Below are positions 25,702 through 37,729 of a stretch of DNA of 64,000 bases, piece by piece (the first letter of the stretch is position 1; each line of letters opens with the position of its first letter). Source of the DNA: Macrostomum hystrix. Its lineage: Eukaryota > Animalia > Platyhelminthes. The stretch spans positions 7,998,001-8,062,000 of the forward strand of contig CATNEN010000039.1 of assembly GCA_950097015.1 (NCBI GenBank), read 5' to 3'. The notes below the pieces were generated by a model. It was not told where the DNA came from. It did not search any database and was given only the letters and a program-made list of their open reading frames with translations. The position numbers were made by a program, and so were the translations under genes.

Positions 25702-26288
25702 GATGAAAGCTGTATTTCCCATGGAAGCTGTATTTCCCATGGAAGCTGTATTTCCCATGAAAGCTGTATTTCCCATGGAAGCTGTATTTCCCATGGAAGC
25801 TGTATTTCCCATGGAAGCTGTATTTCCCATGGAAGCTGTATTTCCCATGGAAGCTGTATTTCCCATGAAAGCTGTATTTTCCATGAAAGCAGTATTTCCC
25901 ATGAAAGCTGTATTTCCCATGAAAGCAGTATTTCCTATGAAAGCAGTATTTCCCATGGAAGCTGTATTTCCCATGAAAGCTGTATTTCCTATGAAAGCTG
26001 TATTTCCCATGGAAGCTGTATTTCCCATGAAAGCTGTATTTCCCATGAAAGCTGTATTTCCCATGGAAGCTGTATTTCCCATGAAAGCTGTATTTCCCAT
26101 GGAAGCAGTATTTCCCATGGAAGCAGTATTTCCCATGGAAGCTGTATTTCCCATGGAAGCAGTATTTCCCATGGAAGCTGTATTTCCCATGGAAGCAGTA
26201 TTTCCCATGGAAGCAGTATTTCCCATGAAAGCTGTATTTCCCATGGAAGCTGTATTTCCCATGGAAGCTGTATTTCCCATGGAAGCTG
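25702..26288. repeat. 18-bp minisatellite (~32 copies)
   Basis: Unit ATGGAAGCTGTATTTCCC. Confidence 0.95.
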
Positions 26289-26331
26289 GTCTTCGCTTAC
26301 CATGCCGCCTCCAAGTCCAAACCCTATACGA

Positions 26332-26846
26332 CAGGGGTTGGCAAACTTTTTTGCTGGCGGGCCAAAGAGAGAGCCTAAAAGACGACAGCGGGCCGCATTG
26401 ACTGTATAAATATGAGATAGGGGAGAGATGAGACAGGGAAGAGATTAGACACGGGAGAGATTAGTCACGGGAGAGATTAGATACGGGAGAGATGAGACAC
26501 GGGAGAGATGAGACACGGGAGAGATAAGACACGAGAGAGATGAGACACGGGAGAGATAAGATAGGGAAGAGATTAGACACGGGAGAGATTAGACACGGGA
26601 GAGATTAGACAGGGAAGAGATTAGACACGGGAGAGATAAGACACGGGAGAGATGAGACACGGGAGAGATAAGACACGGGAGAGATGAGACACGAGAGAGA
26701 TGAGACACGGGAGAGATTAGACACGGGAGAGATTAGTCACGGGAGAGATGAAACAGGACACTGTAGATGTCAGAAGGGGCAACGGGCCGGATTTGGGAGC
26801 TTCGAGGGCCGCATCTGGCCCGCGGGCCGGAGTTTGCCGACCCCTG
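26332..26846 (-). mobile_element. hAT MITE, copy 2 (inverted relative to copy 1)
   Basis: Same TIRs and body as copy 1; exact 8-bp TSD CTATACGA (26324-31, 26847-54). Confidence 0.92.
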
Positions 26847-27221
26847 CTATACGACGTTCACTTTAGTCAGTCAGCCAGACTCAGACAATAAAGAGGGTTG
26901 ATCGAGAGAGCACACTCACTGGACCAGAGTTTAAAGAAAGCGGCGGTTTACACACCACCCCTCCCCCACATCTAGGCGAGTTCAGATAGGGCTTGTAGTT
27001 GTAAACAGTAAACAAGCACCAAAGCTTTCTATAGCAGGTGGTTTTAACAAAGCAGGTGGTTTGTGTTGGTTTTTATGAGGCAAGTGTACTTTTTCGTTGA
27101 AAACGAAGCATGGTAAAATTACTCATATGACTGTTTGTTACTAATTAAGCAGTATTTTTGTCTCTAGTGGATTTATATGATATATTGTATGAATTGCATT
27201 TAAAATGCAAACTAGCGTTTA

Positions 27222-27275
27222 GGTGGGCGTGGCGGGGTCTCCAGTCCATGGACTGAACTGCTGTACACAGCAGCT
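27222..27275 (+). mobile_element. SINE body fragment
   Basis: GGTGGGCGTGGCG..CCAGTCCATGGACTGAACTGCTGTAC matches the SINE body. Confidence 0.6.
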
Positions 27276-28950
27276 CTAAACGTCTCGCAAGCTAGTGAAG
27301 TCCTTAGCGGGGGTTGTGTTATGTCATTGCCTAAGTTATTGCTTGAGTTTCCTAGAGTTTTTTCTTATTGTCTCCAATTTGAAATATTCGCGGCTCTCAT
27401 GGTATCCACTATCTCTCTCGATTGCCTTTGAAATGATAATGCCTAATACATAGTGTCTATTTATAGGTTAAGAAATGCAAGGAAAGCAACTAGCAGCAAG
27501 TAGCCCTTAGTATTTTATTCAAGCGATATCTGAGATAAGGCTGTCTGACTGACCGCCTGTGAGCCTGACTTATCACATACTCTGCGTCCTACCTAGCTTT
27601 TATTATGCTTGCGTCCACTGTGTGCTCATTTCAGGCGCGTGTTTTGCTTGTTAAAGCATTTGCTGCAGCCGTAAGCAAGCCGACGAACCCGTCTGAAGAA
27701 ATAAACATCACTGAGCGGTTATTGGCATTCTTTCATCTGGTAAAACAGGTAAAATATTCCGAATCGACTATTGATTTTCTGTGGGTCCTGGTTTCCTGAT
27801 AGTTTCTGCCACAGAGCTATTAGAAGGTTGTCATCTTGATGTGCTGGTGGGTGCTTGTGAAAGCTGATTTAAAAATAACAAACTTTCCGGGGTTTTCAAG
27901 TGTTTTCGCTTTCTTTGGCTAAATTTTCCACAATTCGTTATAACAAAATAAGATTTAATGATCGGAATCCACAAGTTACAGTTCAATAGATTATTTCTCT
28001 CTTCAAACGATATTTTGCCTGAAGCAGGTGTGCTGACAAAGGCAGTTTTTTTCGGAAAAAATTTTCGCAGCTGTCATTCCCACTGGAATTTGATTTATAA
28101 AAAGAACATTGATTGATCTCATGCGCAAGTGTGCTCAGCGAAGCTTAATACTCTCATAGCTGCCTAATTCTCAAAAGCGTTGGTCAAGCCGATCAGACTA
28201 AACCTTCAATGCATTTTTTATTCCAATAGAAATTTCTAACATATGCTAAAAGTACAAGCACGGCCAGCAGCTCACACCGGAACTAATCTCGTGCTAATCT
28301 CCCAGCCCCTTATAACCCTGAAGTGAACTTGCTGCCGCTGTTGGAGACAGGTTGCGGTCCCTTGAGACGAAATCTGAGCAGTTTAGACTGGCTGGCAATA
28401 GCTGAGCACACATGCGCTCCCTAAATCATGAGTCCATTCAATCCTAGAGAGAACTCGCAGACGCTCTGCACAGCAATGCTCCGCGGATGATCGATTTGAG
28501 GCTAGTGAATCCGCGTGCACTGCTTCCACGAAAACGGAGTGAGTGCACTTGAGCAATTGGTGACCTTGGCCAGAGCTGTGCTCAGACAGTTCGTTTGCCC
28601 AGACTGTCAAAGCGATCGGGACACAGAAATTTTTTGTCTCTCACAAATTCAGCCAGAGAGGGGCTGTACTCAAACAAACTGTTTGAGCACAGGCTCGTGT
28701 GGCTACAACTGAGATTTATGCTCGCTTTCTTTCCTGCTTTTCTATTTACTCATAAAATAATGCAGCTCATAGTTCTGTGCGTGCGTGTGTGAAACAGGGT
28801 CAAGCTTGGATGGAAATAGCACGTAGATTGAAACTTCGACAGGTGCAAATTTAGTAAACATATTTTGTTGTGTGCGTTTCTCACACAATGTCGGCTCTTA
28901 TCTACTCCACGTTTTATACCCATGACTGGAGGATTTTAACTAGCATGGCA

Positions 28951-31003
28951 CTCGTCAGCTTATCAAGGCTCTCATCAGTTTATCAAGGCTCTCATCAGTT
29001 TATCAATGTTCTCATCAGTTTATCAAGGCTCTCATCAGTTTATCAAGGCTCTCATCAGTTTATCAAGGCTCTCATCAGTTTATCAAGGCTCTCATCAGTT
29101 TATCAAGGCTCTCATCAGTTTATCAATGTTCTCATCAGTTTATCAATGTTCTCATCAGTTTATCAAGGTTCTCATCAGTTTATCAATGTTCTCAACAGTT
29201 TATCAATGTTCTCATCAGTTTATCAATGTTCTCATCAGTTTATCAAGGCTCTCTTCAGTTTATCAAGGTTCTCATCAGTTTATCAAGGTTCTCATCAGTT
29301 TATCAATGTTCTCATCAGTTTATCAAGGCTCTCATCAGTTTATCAATGTTCTCATCAGTTTATCAAGGTTCTCATCAGTTTATCAAGGTTCTCATCAGTT
29401 TATCAATGTTCTCATCAGTTTATCAAAGTTCTCATCAGTTTATCAAGGTTCTCATCAGTTTATCAATGTTCTCAACAGTTTATCAATGTTCTCATCAGTT
29501 TATCAATGTTCTCATCAGTTTATCAAGGTTCTCATCAGTTTATCAAGGTTCTCAACAGTTTATCAAGGCTCTCTTCAGTTTATCAAGGCTCTCAACAGTT
29601 TATCAAGGCTCTCTTCAGTTTATCAAGGCTCTCTTCAGTTTATCAAGGCTCTCATCAGTTTATCAAGGCTCTCTTCAGTTTATCAAGGCTCTCATCAGTT
29701 TATCAAGGCTCTCATCAGTTTATCAAGGTTCTCATCAGTTTATCAATGTTCTCATCAGTTTATCAAGGCTCTCATCAGTTTATTAAGGTTCTCATCAGTT
29801 TATCAATGTTCTCATCAGTTTATCAAGGCTCTCATCAGTTTATCAAGGTTCTCATCAGTTTATCAAGGCTCTCATCAGTTTATCAAGGCTCTCATCAGTT
29901 TATCAAGGCTCTCATCAGTTTATCTATGCTCTCATCAGTTTATCAATGCTCTCATAAGTTTATCAAGGTTCTCATCAGTTTATCAAGGCTCTCATCAGTT
30001 TATCAATGCTCTCAACAGTTTATCAAGGCTCTCTTCAGTTTATCAAGGCTCTTAACAGTTTCTCAAGGCTCTCTTCAGTTTATCAAGGTTCTCATCAGTT
30101 TATCAATGCTCTCAGCAGTTTATCAAGGCTCTCTTCAGTTTATCAAGGCTCTTAACAGTTTCTCAAGGCTCTCTTCAGTTTATTAAGGTTCTCATCAGTT
30201 TATCAATGCTCTCAACAGTTTATCAAGGCTCTCTTCAGTTTATCAAGGCTCTCAACAGTTTATCAAGGCTCTCATCAGTTTATCAAGGTTCTCATCAGTT
30301 TATCAATGTTCTCATCAGTTTATCAAGGCTCTCATCAGTTTATCAAGGCTCTCAACAGTTTATCAAGGCTCTCATCAGTTTATCAAGGCTCTCATCAGTT
30401 TATCAAGGCTCTCATCAGTTTATCAAGGCTCTCAACAGTTTATCAAGGCTCTCATCAGTTTATCAAGGCTCTCAACAGTTTCTCAAGGCTCTCATCAGTT
30501 TATCAAGGCTCTCATCAGTTTATCAAGGTTCTCATCAGTTTATCAAGGCTCTCATCAGTTTATCAAGGCTCTCATCAGTTTATCAATGCTCTCATAAGTT
30601 TATCAAGGCTCTCAACAGTTTATCAAGGCTCTCATCAGTTTATCAAGGCTCTCAACAGTTTATCAAGGCTCTCAACAGTTTATCAAGGCTCTCATCAGTT
30701 TATCAAGGCTCTCATCAGTTTATCAAGGCTCTCAACAGTTTCTCAAGGCTCTCATCAGTTTATCAAGGCTCTCATCAGTTTATCAAGGTTCTCATCAGTT
30801 TATCAAGGCTCTCATCAGTTTATCTATGCTCTCAACAGTTTATCAAGGCTCTCAACAGTTTATCAAGGCTCTCAACAGTTTATCAAGGCTCTCATCAGTT
30901 TATCAAGGCTCTCTTCAGTTTATCAAGGCTCTCTTCAGTTTATCAAGGCTCTCTTCAGTTTATCAAGGCTCTTAACAGTTTCTCAAGGTTCACATCAGTT
31001 TAT
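28951..31003. repeat. 20-bp minisatellite (~100 copies), the largest array in the window
   Basis: Unit TTTATCAAGGCTCTCATCAG. Confidence 0.95.
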
Positions 31004-31480
31004 TGATTACCATTGAGTTGAGTGCAACCATTGAAAAAATAAAGCCCAAAATAGCGTCAAAGTTCAAAGTCTGCCCGTCAGTCGTCAATTCGTTATATTT
31101 TGATCATGGTTACATCGGAATTCAGTAGAAATAAGGAAACATCGCACCCAGTTTCCGAAGTTCAGTATACTCCGTCGCAACATCTTTGCCTCTCTATGCT
31201 GTTTGGTGGCTCTGAAATACAAATGGTGGTCGTTCTTTAAAAACAAATACTGTGCAGCAGAGAGCATGCTTTCATTCTAGCAGGTTGCAGAAACTGTGTG
31301 AACAAAATGAAACGCATCAGATACGCTTCAAAAACGATTCAGAAACTATTCTAGCCAACAGAAAAACTGTTGCAACTCTCTCACCCACCCAGAATCGTTT
31401 TAGAAGCACTAGAATCGTTTGTGAGTCACTTGACGCGCATTTGAATCAATTGAAACGATTCAAATGCGACTCTTGTCACG

Positions 31481-31758
31481 GTAACGTAGCCTAGTGGTTA
31501 GGGCGTCGGACTCACGACTTGAAGGTCGGGGGTTCGATTCCTGACTCGTGTCCTTTCGTAAGACACTTAACTCTGCATTGCTTCAGTTCACCCAGCTGTT
31601 AAATGGGTACCAGCTTAGCTAGGATAATTGAAGGTGGGTGTGGCGTCCCCCCAGTCCATGGACTGAACAGCTGTACGCAGTCTTCAGATGCGCTGCGCAA
31701 TAGCTGCGGCTGTGCTGTCGGCTGCACGTCTGACTCGATTGGCAGGTGTAAAAAATAA
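31481..31758 (+). mobile_element. tRNA-derived CORE-type SINE
   Basis: Pol III A box TAGCCTAGTGG and B box GGTTCGATTCC, then GTGTCCTT..AAGACACTTAAC..GCTTCAGTTCACCCAGCTGTTAAATGGGTAC, resembling the MIR CORE; multiple copies in the window. Confidence 0.85.
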
Positions 31759-31865
31759 TGTACATTACATCTTGAATTCTGATGTACAGTCATGATGCGC
31801 GGTGCCTGCCGCAGTCTAACTCGCAGTTTTCACCCATTCGCAGCGTCCCGCATGCGTTGCAAAGT

Positions 31866-34800
31866 ATGAAAGACTTGGAAGCAGCGGCTGTTGTCTCGTC
31901 AAAGGAGGCAGCATTGCCAGCGGATTCAATAGTCGACCCCCGCCAGGCTGCGAAGCGCTGGCTCAAGCACTTCGCCCACATGCGAACAGGACGCTTCATC
32001 TCCACCCGTTCAATCGTCTCCATCAACATCTTCGTACTGCTGGTGAACACGTACGTTCTGATCATGCAACTGAGCGAGTCGGGCCACCTCAAGACTGAGG
32101 ACTATTTCTACAGTCCGGTCACTGAGCGTCAGGCGATGCAGATGCGCTCCGTGTTGAGGGTCTTCGCCGAGGCGATGCGCGAAGCCAATGTGACCTTCTT
32201 CATGTGCTCCGGCACCCTGCTGGGCAGCCTGCGGCATCACGGCCGCATTCCCTGGGACGACGATGTTGGTGAGTTGACCCTCGGGGCTGAGTGGCAGAGC
32301 GGTCTAACGCGCCAAGGTTCCTGAGCTCGATTCCGCGGCGAGGCCACATTCATTTGAGACTCAGCCGCGGAGAGAAGTCTCGGGGGCTTGTGTGGGTCAC
32401 GGTGAGGGTCCAGATGTTCTTCCGGGTTTGGTTTCTAGGAAAAGAATTGCATGCTCTCCGGTACGCATCAGAGTCTGACGATGTTTCCTTGTTGTCAAAT
32501 CCTCTGGAGCCTATCAAAGCGTTTGGGTTTGGGATCAATTTGAGAATGAAATCATCATTTCAGATACTCGTTAAACAATTTAATTGTAGATCAAAGACCC
32601 AAATTATATATTTTCCCAAATTCCTAAATATTTAACAAATAACCATGACAATACAGATCTCAGGCTAAAATTTTCCGCTCAATCCGATGAGGCGACTTCC
32701 AGAATCACGAATAATCGGAATCGTCGAGATATTCAACGATTCTCATCGGGGTGTGGTGGTAAAAACCTCCAGTATAGGCAAAAAGTGCCCGTTGTTGACT
32801 ATATAGATTATATTGTTAGTTTTGAACCATTAGGGATTCGCCATAGAGGTTTATACAGGGCAATTCTAGATGTACTTGACACCAGGGTCTTCGACAAGAA
32901 TCGCTGAATATCTCGACGATGCTGACGTCAGACGGCTTTGAAGGTAAGTTCATCGTAAAGGTCGAAAAATGTTGATGCATTTGGTGGACTTTCACAACAA
33001 TCTGTCATTCGGTTTTTTGGAGCGTGAAGTAGGCGGTGGGGATTTGAGATACCCGCGTGGTCTCTCTACTGTTGAACTTTCGCAATGCACCGCAGACGTG
33101 ATGGTCCTGGCGGAGCAGAAGCAGCAGATGGAGGCGGCCCTGAAGCGCTTGGAGCCCGAGTACCGTCTCTACCGCTTCATGGAGTGGGCGGCGCTGGGCA
33201 AGTGGAAATTCTTCAGGGCCGATTCGGAGGCCTTCCTGTTCCAGCCGTGGAGCAAATTCCGCTGGCCCTACGTGGACATTTTCTTCGTCCAGGGCCACAA
33301 CGCCAGTCATTTGCGGCACGCCTACTACGGGGATATTTTCTTCAAACGCAAGGATTTGTTCCCGCTGCAGCTGCGACCCTACGAGGACATGATGCTGCCC
33401 GTGCCCTGCTCACCTGCTGACTTCATGCGGGCGGAGTTCCAGGTGAGCAAGTCCTCCCAGGAACTTCAGAATGGCCGTTCCTGAAATCCTTCCCGTTCCA
33501 CGGATCCTTCAGGGCTCCCTTTCCCCCAAATCCTTCAGGGCTCCCTTTCCCCCAAATCCTTCAGGGCTCCCTTTCCCCCAAATCCTTCAGGGCTCCCTTT
33601 CCTCCAAATCCTTCAGGGCTCCCTTTCCCCCAAATCCTTCAGGGCTCCCTTTCCCCCAAATCCTTCAGGGCTCCCTTTCCCCCAAATCCTTCAGGGCTCC
33701 CTTTCCCCCAAATCCTTCAGGGCTCCCTTTCCCCCAAATCCTTCAGGGCTCCCTTTCCCCCAAATCCTTCAGGGCTCCCTTTCCCTAAATCCTTCAGGCT
33801 CCCTTTCCCCCAAATCCTTCAGGGCTCCCTTTCCCCCAAATCCTTCAGGGCTCCCTCTCCCCAAATCCTTCAGGGCCCCCTTTCCCTAAATCCTTTAGGG
33901 CCCCCTTTCCCTAAATCCTTCAGGGCCCCCTTTCCCCCAAATCCTTCAGGGTTCCCTTTCCCCTCATCCTTCAGGCGTCCTTTTCCCAAATCCTCAGGGC
34001 TCCTTTTCCTAACATCCTTCAGGGCGTCCTTTCCCCACATCCTTCAGGGCAGCTTCGGGCGGTTCAATCAGCCAGCTGTAAGTTTTCTCTGAAAATTGGC
34101 AGGCCGAAGCAAACACATCGCTGGTTGCGAATGTAGACGAAATGCCAGTCGGTTTAAGCAGCTTTTTCGATTCTGATAAATGCAGGTCGGATAAATGCAA
34201 TTTTCAATTGCATTTTGTCCCACTTATTTCCCTTTAGCAGTCTAGCTGCGTATGAAAATTGCAGCATCAGATCAGGCGGGACGGCTCATTTGGTAGTCAA
34301 AATAAAAAAATATCTAAAGTCAAAGTCGAAAGTTTTGTATTCTGTTTCTTGTTCTGCAGCTACTAAAGTCTCAAGACTGTCGTCATCTGGCATAAAAGTT
34401 GAACAAGCCTTGGTTTATACTAGTGCTGCTGTTACATTTGCCCCGCGTCTGCGGATAAAAATATAACGGGTCACAGCTTAAGCTGGTAGTGGGATTTGAA
34501 TTCAGACTTCAGAGTTGTTAAGTGGCTTGCTATATGATAAAAATTGTTCTAATAAAGTCGGAAATCGAACCCACGACCTTCAAGCCGTGACTCCGACGCT
34601 CCAGCCCAGGGGTCGGCAAACTCCGGCCCGGGGCAAGACGCGGCCCTTGAAGCTCCCAAACCCGGCCCGTTGCCCCTTCCGACACCTCTTGTTTCATCTC
34701 TCTTGTGTCTCATCTCTCTTGTGTCTCATCTCTCCCCTGTCTCATCTCTCCCCTGTCTCATCTCCCCCTTTTCATATTTGTACAGTCAATGCTGCCCGCT

Positions 34801-35190
34801 GTCGTCTTTTAGGTTCTCTCTTTGGCCCGCTAGCTAATAAGTTTTCCGACCCCTGCTCTAGCCACAAAACGCTACAACAACAAAACGCTACATCGCACTA
34901 CTGTCAGTAGTGCAACAGAAACTAGTTCACAAATGCGAACATAATTTTATCCGAAGGACCCCGGCTTCAACTGGACCCTGTGCCAGTCGCGCGGCTTCTC
35001 GCACGTGATGGAGGTGCCGCTGCCGCACTGGCGCCAGCGCAGCCTCCTCTGCTCCCGTCTGGCTGCCAGATTTCCATTCGTTTACACCACGGCTGCCACC
35101 GCCGACCAGACGACCGAGGTGCTGAAGGTTGGCGAAAAAGTGCTGCGCGAGTTCTCCTTCAGGCCGGCAGTTTGTACCGGGGTCGCCTAG
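31866..35190 (+). CDS. LicD/fukutin-family nucleotidyltransferase-fold phosphotransferase, type II membrane protein, 3 coding exons, ~327 aa
   Basis: Exons 31866-32268, 33096-33442, 34957-35190 (984 nt). N-terminal TM helix (SIVSINIFVLLVNTYVLIM). LicD signature SGTLLGSLRHHGRIPWDDDV|DV is split by intron 1; also WPYVDIFF and DLFPLQLRPY..PVP. The exon 3 acceptor is a weak AAG, so that boundary is less certain. Confidence 0.85.
32643..33068. mobile_element. Unclassified dispersed repeat, copy 1 (LicD intron 1), with internal 23-bp inverted repeat
   Basis: Colinear similarity to 55110-55358; IR ATCGTCGAGATATTCAACGATTC (~32720) / GAATCGCTGAATATCTCGACGAT (~32898). Confidence 0.7.
33503..34049. repeat. 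26-bp minisatellite (~20 copies), LicD intron 2
   Basis: Unit AAATCCTTCAGGGCTCCCTTTCCCCC. Confidence 0.95.
34607..34855 (+). mobile_element. hAT MITE, copy 3 (short internal array), inserted into a SINE head within LicD intron 2
   Basis: Same TIRs; TSD CTCCAGCC/CTCTAGCC (1 mismatch); the flanks rejoin into the reverse complement of the SINE tRNA head. Confidence 0.88.
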
Positions 35191-35678
35191 GCTCGCAATC
35201 ATTGATGATGAAGCAATAGATTGGTCAGATCTGTCAGTAATGAGTCGGTCATAGTCGATGCAGTTTAGAATAGTTTGCTTTAGCCGGACCCAAAGCATCT
35301 CTAAGTCCTAACATGTATGAAAAAATGTTCTATTCATATTTTTGCCTGTTTTATCTATTTCAGTTTAGCAATCATTTTCTGCTAATTTGATTTTTCCGTC
35401 AAAAAGTATTTTCTATACACACTTTGCTTCAAGCTTAAACCGAATGAAATTATTATATTTTGTTCTGAATTATTGACGGTGCTCAGAGCAGCACAACTGT
35501 TTCACACCTGCACTACAATATTTTCTGCATGGCAACTGCTTTATAGTTCTTCCCATGCGTTTTTATTCTAAGATTTTGCCAGAGCAGTTTTGATTGATGG
35601 CAGATTTTACCTGTAAATATTGCACTTCAAGTTATGCCCCTCATTTAGAGCTATGTCCATGCTTACAGGGTGAAACTG

Positions 35679-36170
35679 CTCTGTCTAACAGGTGATCACA
35701 CAGTGGAACAGGTCTGTCTAACAGGTGATCACACAGTAGAACAGTTCTGTCTAACAGGTGATCACACAGTGGAACAGTTCTGTCTAACAGGTGATCACAC
35801 ATTGGAACAGTTCTGTCTAACAGGTGATCACACATTGGAACAGTATTGTCTAACAGGTGATCACACAGTGGAACAGTTCTGTCTAACAGGTGATCACACA
35901 GTGGAACAGTTCTGTCTAACAGGTGATCACACAGTAGAACAGTTCTGTCTAACAGGTGATCACACATTGGAACAGTTCTGTCTAACAGGTGATCACACAT
36001 TGGAACAGTATTGTCTAACAGGTGATCACACAGTAGAACAGTTCTGTCTAACAGGTGATCACACATTGGAACAGTTCTGTCTAACAGGTGATCACACAGT
36101 GGAACAGTTCTGTCTAACAGGTGATCACACATTGGAACAGTATTGTCTAACAGGTGATCACACAGTGGAA
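35679..36170. repeat. 33-bp minisatellite (~15 copies)
   Basis: Unit TGTCTAACAGGTGATCACACAGTGGAACAGTTC. Confidence 0.95.
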
Positions 36171-36576
36171 TAGTTCCGTTGATTCCACTGTGTTGATCCG
36201 TTGATCCGTTGATTTCAATTTTTGTTGCTGCAAAAATTGCAAAGAGCTTTGATCGCAATAGTATTTTTATTTGTTGTCGAATTTTTTCAGATGTTTAAAG
36301 AAACTCTTCGTATTTTCCCTCTAAGTTGCAAGTATTCATGTACGTAGCATGGATATCTACCGTGGCATAATTTCTATCCTATTAAATTGCAACTCCTTCC
36401 GTGTTTTGATGGAGACCTATTCTAGTACTTTATGCTGTAATTTTGCATTGTTCCGTTTTTATGGTTTTGGAACTTTGTTTGCTACACTGAACTGCCATTC
36501 CATGATCCGCGCGCGACCGCCTGTGGTGGCGTACACAGGGCTGGCTTTATTTATTCTAAAGTTGTTAGCCTGTTCT

Positions 36577-37152
36577 ATTGAGCACCTGTCTAACAGGATT
36601 GAGCACCTGTCTAACACGATTGAGCACCTGTCTAACACGATTGAGCACCTGTCTAACACGATTGAGCACCTGTCTAACAGGATTGAGCACCTGTCTAACA
36701 CGATTGAGCACCTGTCTAACACGATTGAGCACCTGTCTAACACGATTGAGCACCTGTCTAACAGGATTGAGCACCTGTCTAACAGGATTGAGCACCTGTC
36801 TAACAGGATTGAGCACCTGTCTAACAGGATTGAGCACCTGTCTAACAGGATTGAGCACCTGTCTAACAGGATTGAGCACCTGTCTAACAGGATTGAGCAC
36901 CTGTCTAACAGGATTGAGCACCTGTCTAACAGGATTGAGCACCTGTCTAACAGGATTGAGCACCTGTCTAACAGGATTGAGCACCTGTCTAACAGGATTG
37001 AGCACCTGTCTAACAGGATTGAGTACCTGTCTAACAGGATTGAGCACCTGTCTAACAGGATTGAGCACCTGTCTAACAGGATTGAGCACCTGTCTAACAG
37101 GATTGAGCACCTGTCTAACAGGATTGAGCACCTGTCTAACAGAATTGAGTAC
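36577..37152. repeat. 21-bp minisatellite (~27 copies)
   Basis: Unit ATTGAGCACCTGTCTAACAGG. Confidence 0.95.
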
Positions 37153-37729
37153 TTGGTTGTCAAGCCAATGCAGCTCAGTCGCACACACAATAGCTCATGT
37201 GAACGCCACCAGGTCAGACACAGCAGTTGTAGCTCTTATGATTAAAAGTTTTCTTCCACAATTGCGGCATAATTTGAAACTTTTTTCGCTTTGGCAAACG
37301 TCATATTTTTTCTTTAACTTATTCTGCTATTTACATTGTATGGCGAATCATCGCTGAAAAGTTAAAATTATCCACATGTTCCTTTATTTTCGTTTCTTAC
37401 CTCGGAAATCAGTCAAGGTAAAATGAGTAAGTTTTCAGACGCCATGAATTTGTAAACAAATATTATATCCTTACATAGCTTGGCTCATTTTCACGTACTG
37501 TAGCCAGCTTTTTCCGTCTTCCCTAATTCTATTTGTTAGGTCTAAGTTTCGACAATTAAAAAACGTTAATGCTAAGACTGACTATAAGATGTAAAAGTTT
37601 AATTAGATTGTACGTCGTAGCTATAGTACTGTTTTTGTAGTGCCCTAAAGAAACTAACTATAGCTTGAATATTTTTGCTTTAAACTAATCTATAGTCAAG
37701 TCTTGCATAGGTTATAATTTTTGTTGACT

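Noticed and set aside
25552-26401. MGNTAS / MEAVFP hexapeptide-repeat protein
   Set aside because: An 18-bp tandem array open on both strands, with no splice or domain support.
28870-31016. ORFs of 186-438 aa
   Set aside because: Translations of the 20-bp array with no non-repetitive coding content.
31481-31550. tRNA gene
   Set aside because: It has A/B boxes but no closing acceptor stem or poly-T terminator, and continues into a multi-copy SINE body.
31600-31760. Hammerhead ribozyme in the SINE tail (as in schistosome repeats)
   Set aside because: No CTGATGA...GAAA core with flanking stems was found by eye.
35641-37357. Coiled-coil or LRR-like repeat ORFs (IEHLSNR, CDHLLDRTVPL)
   Set aside because: Unit lengths divisible by 3 give spurious periodic peptides in many frames.
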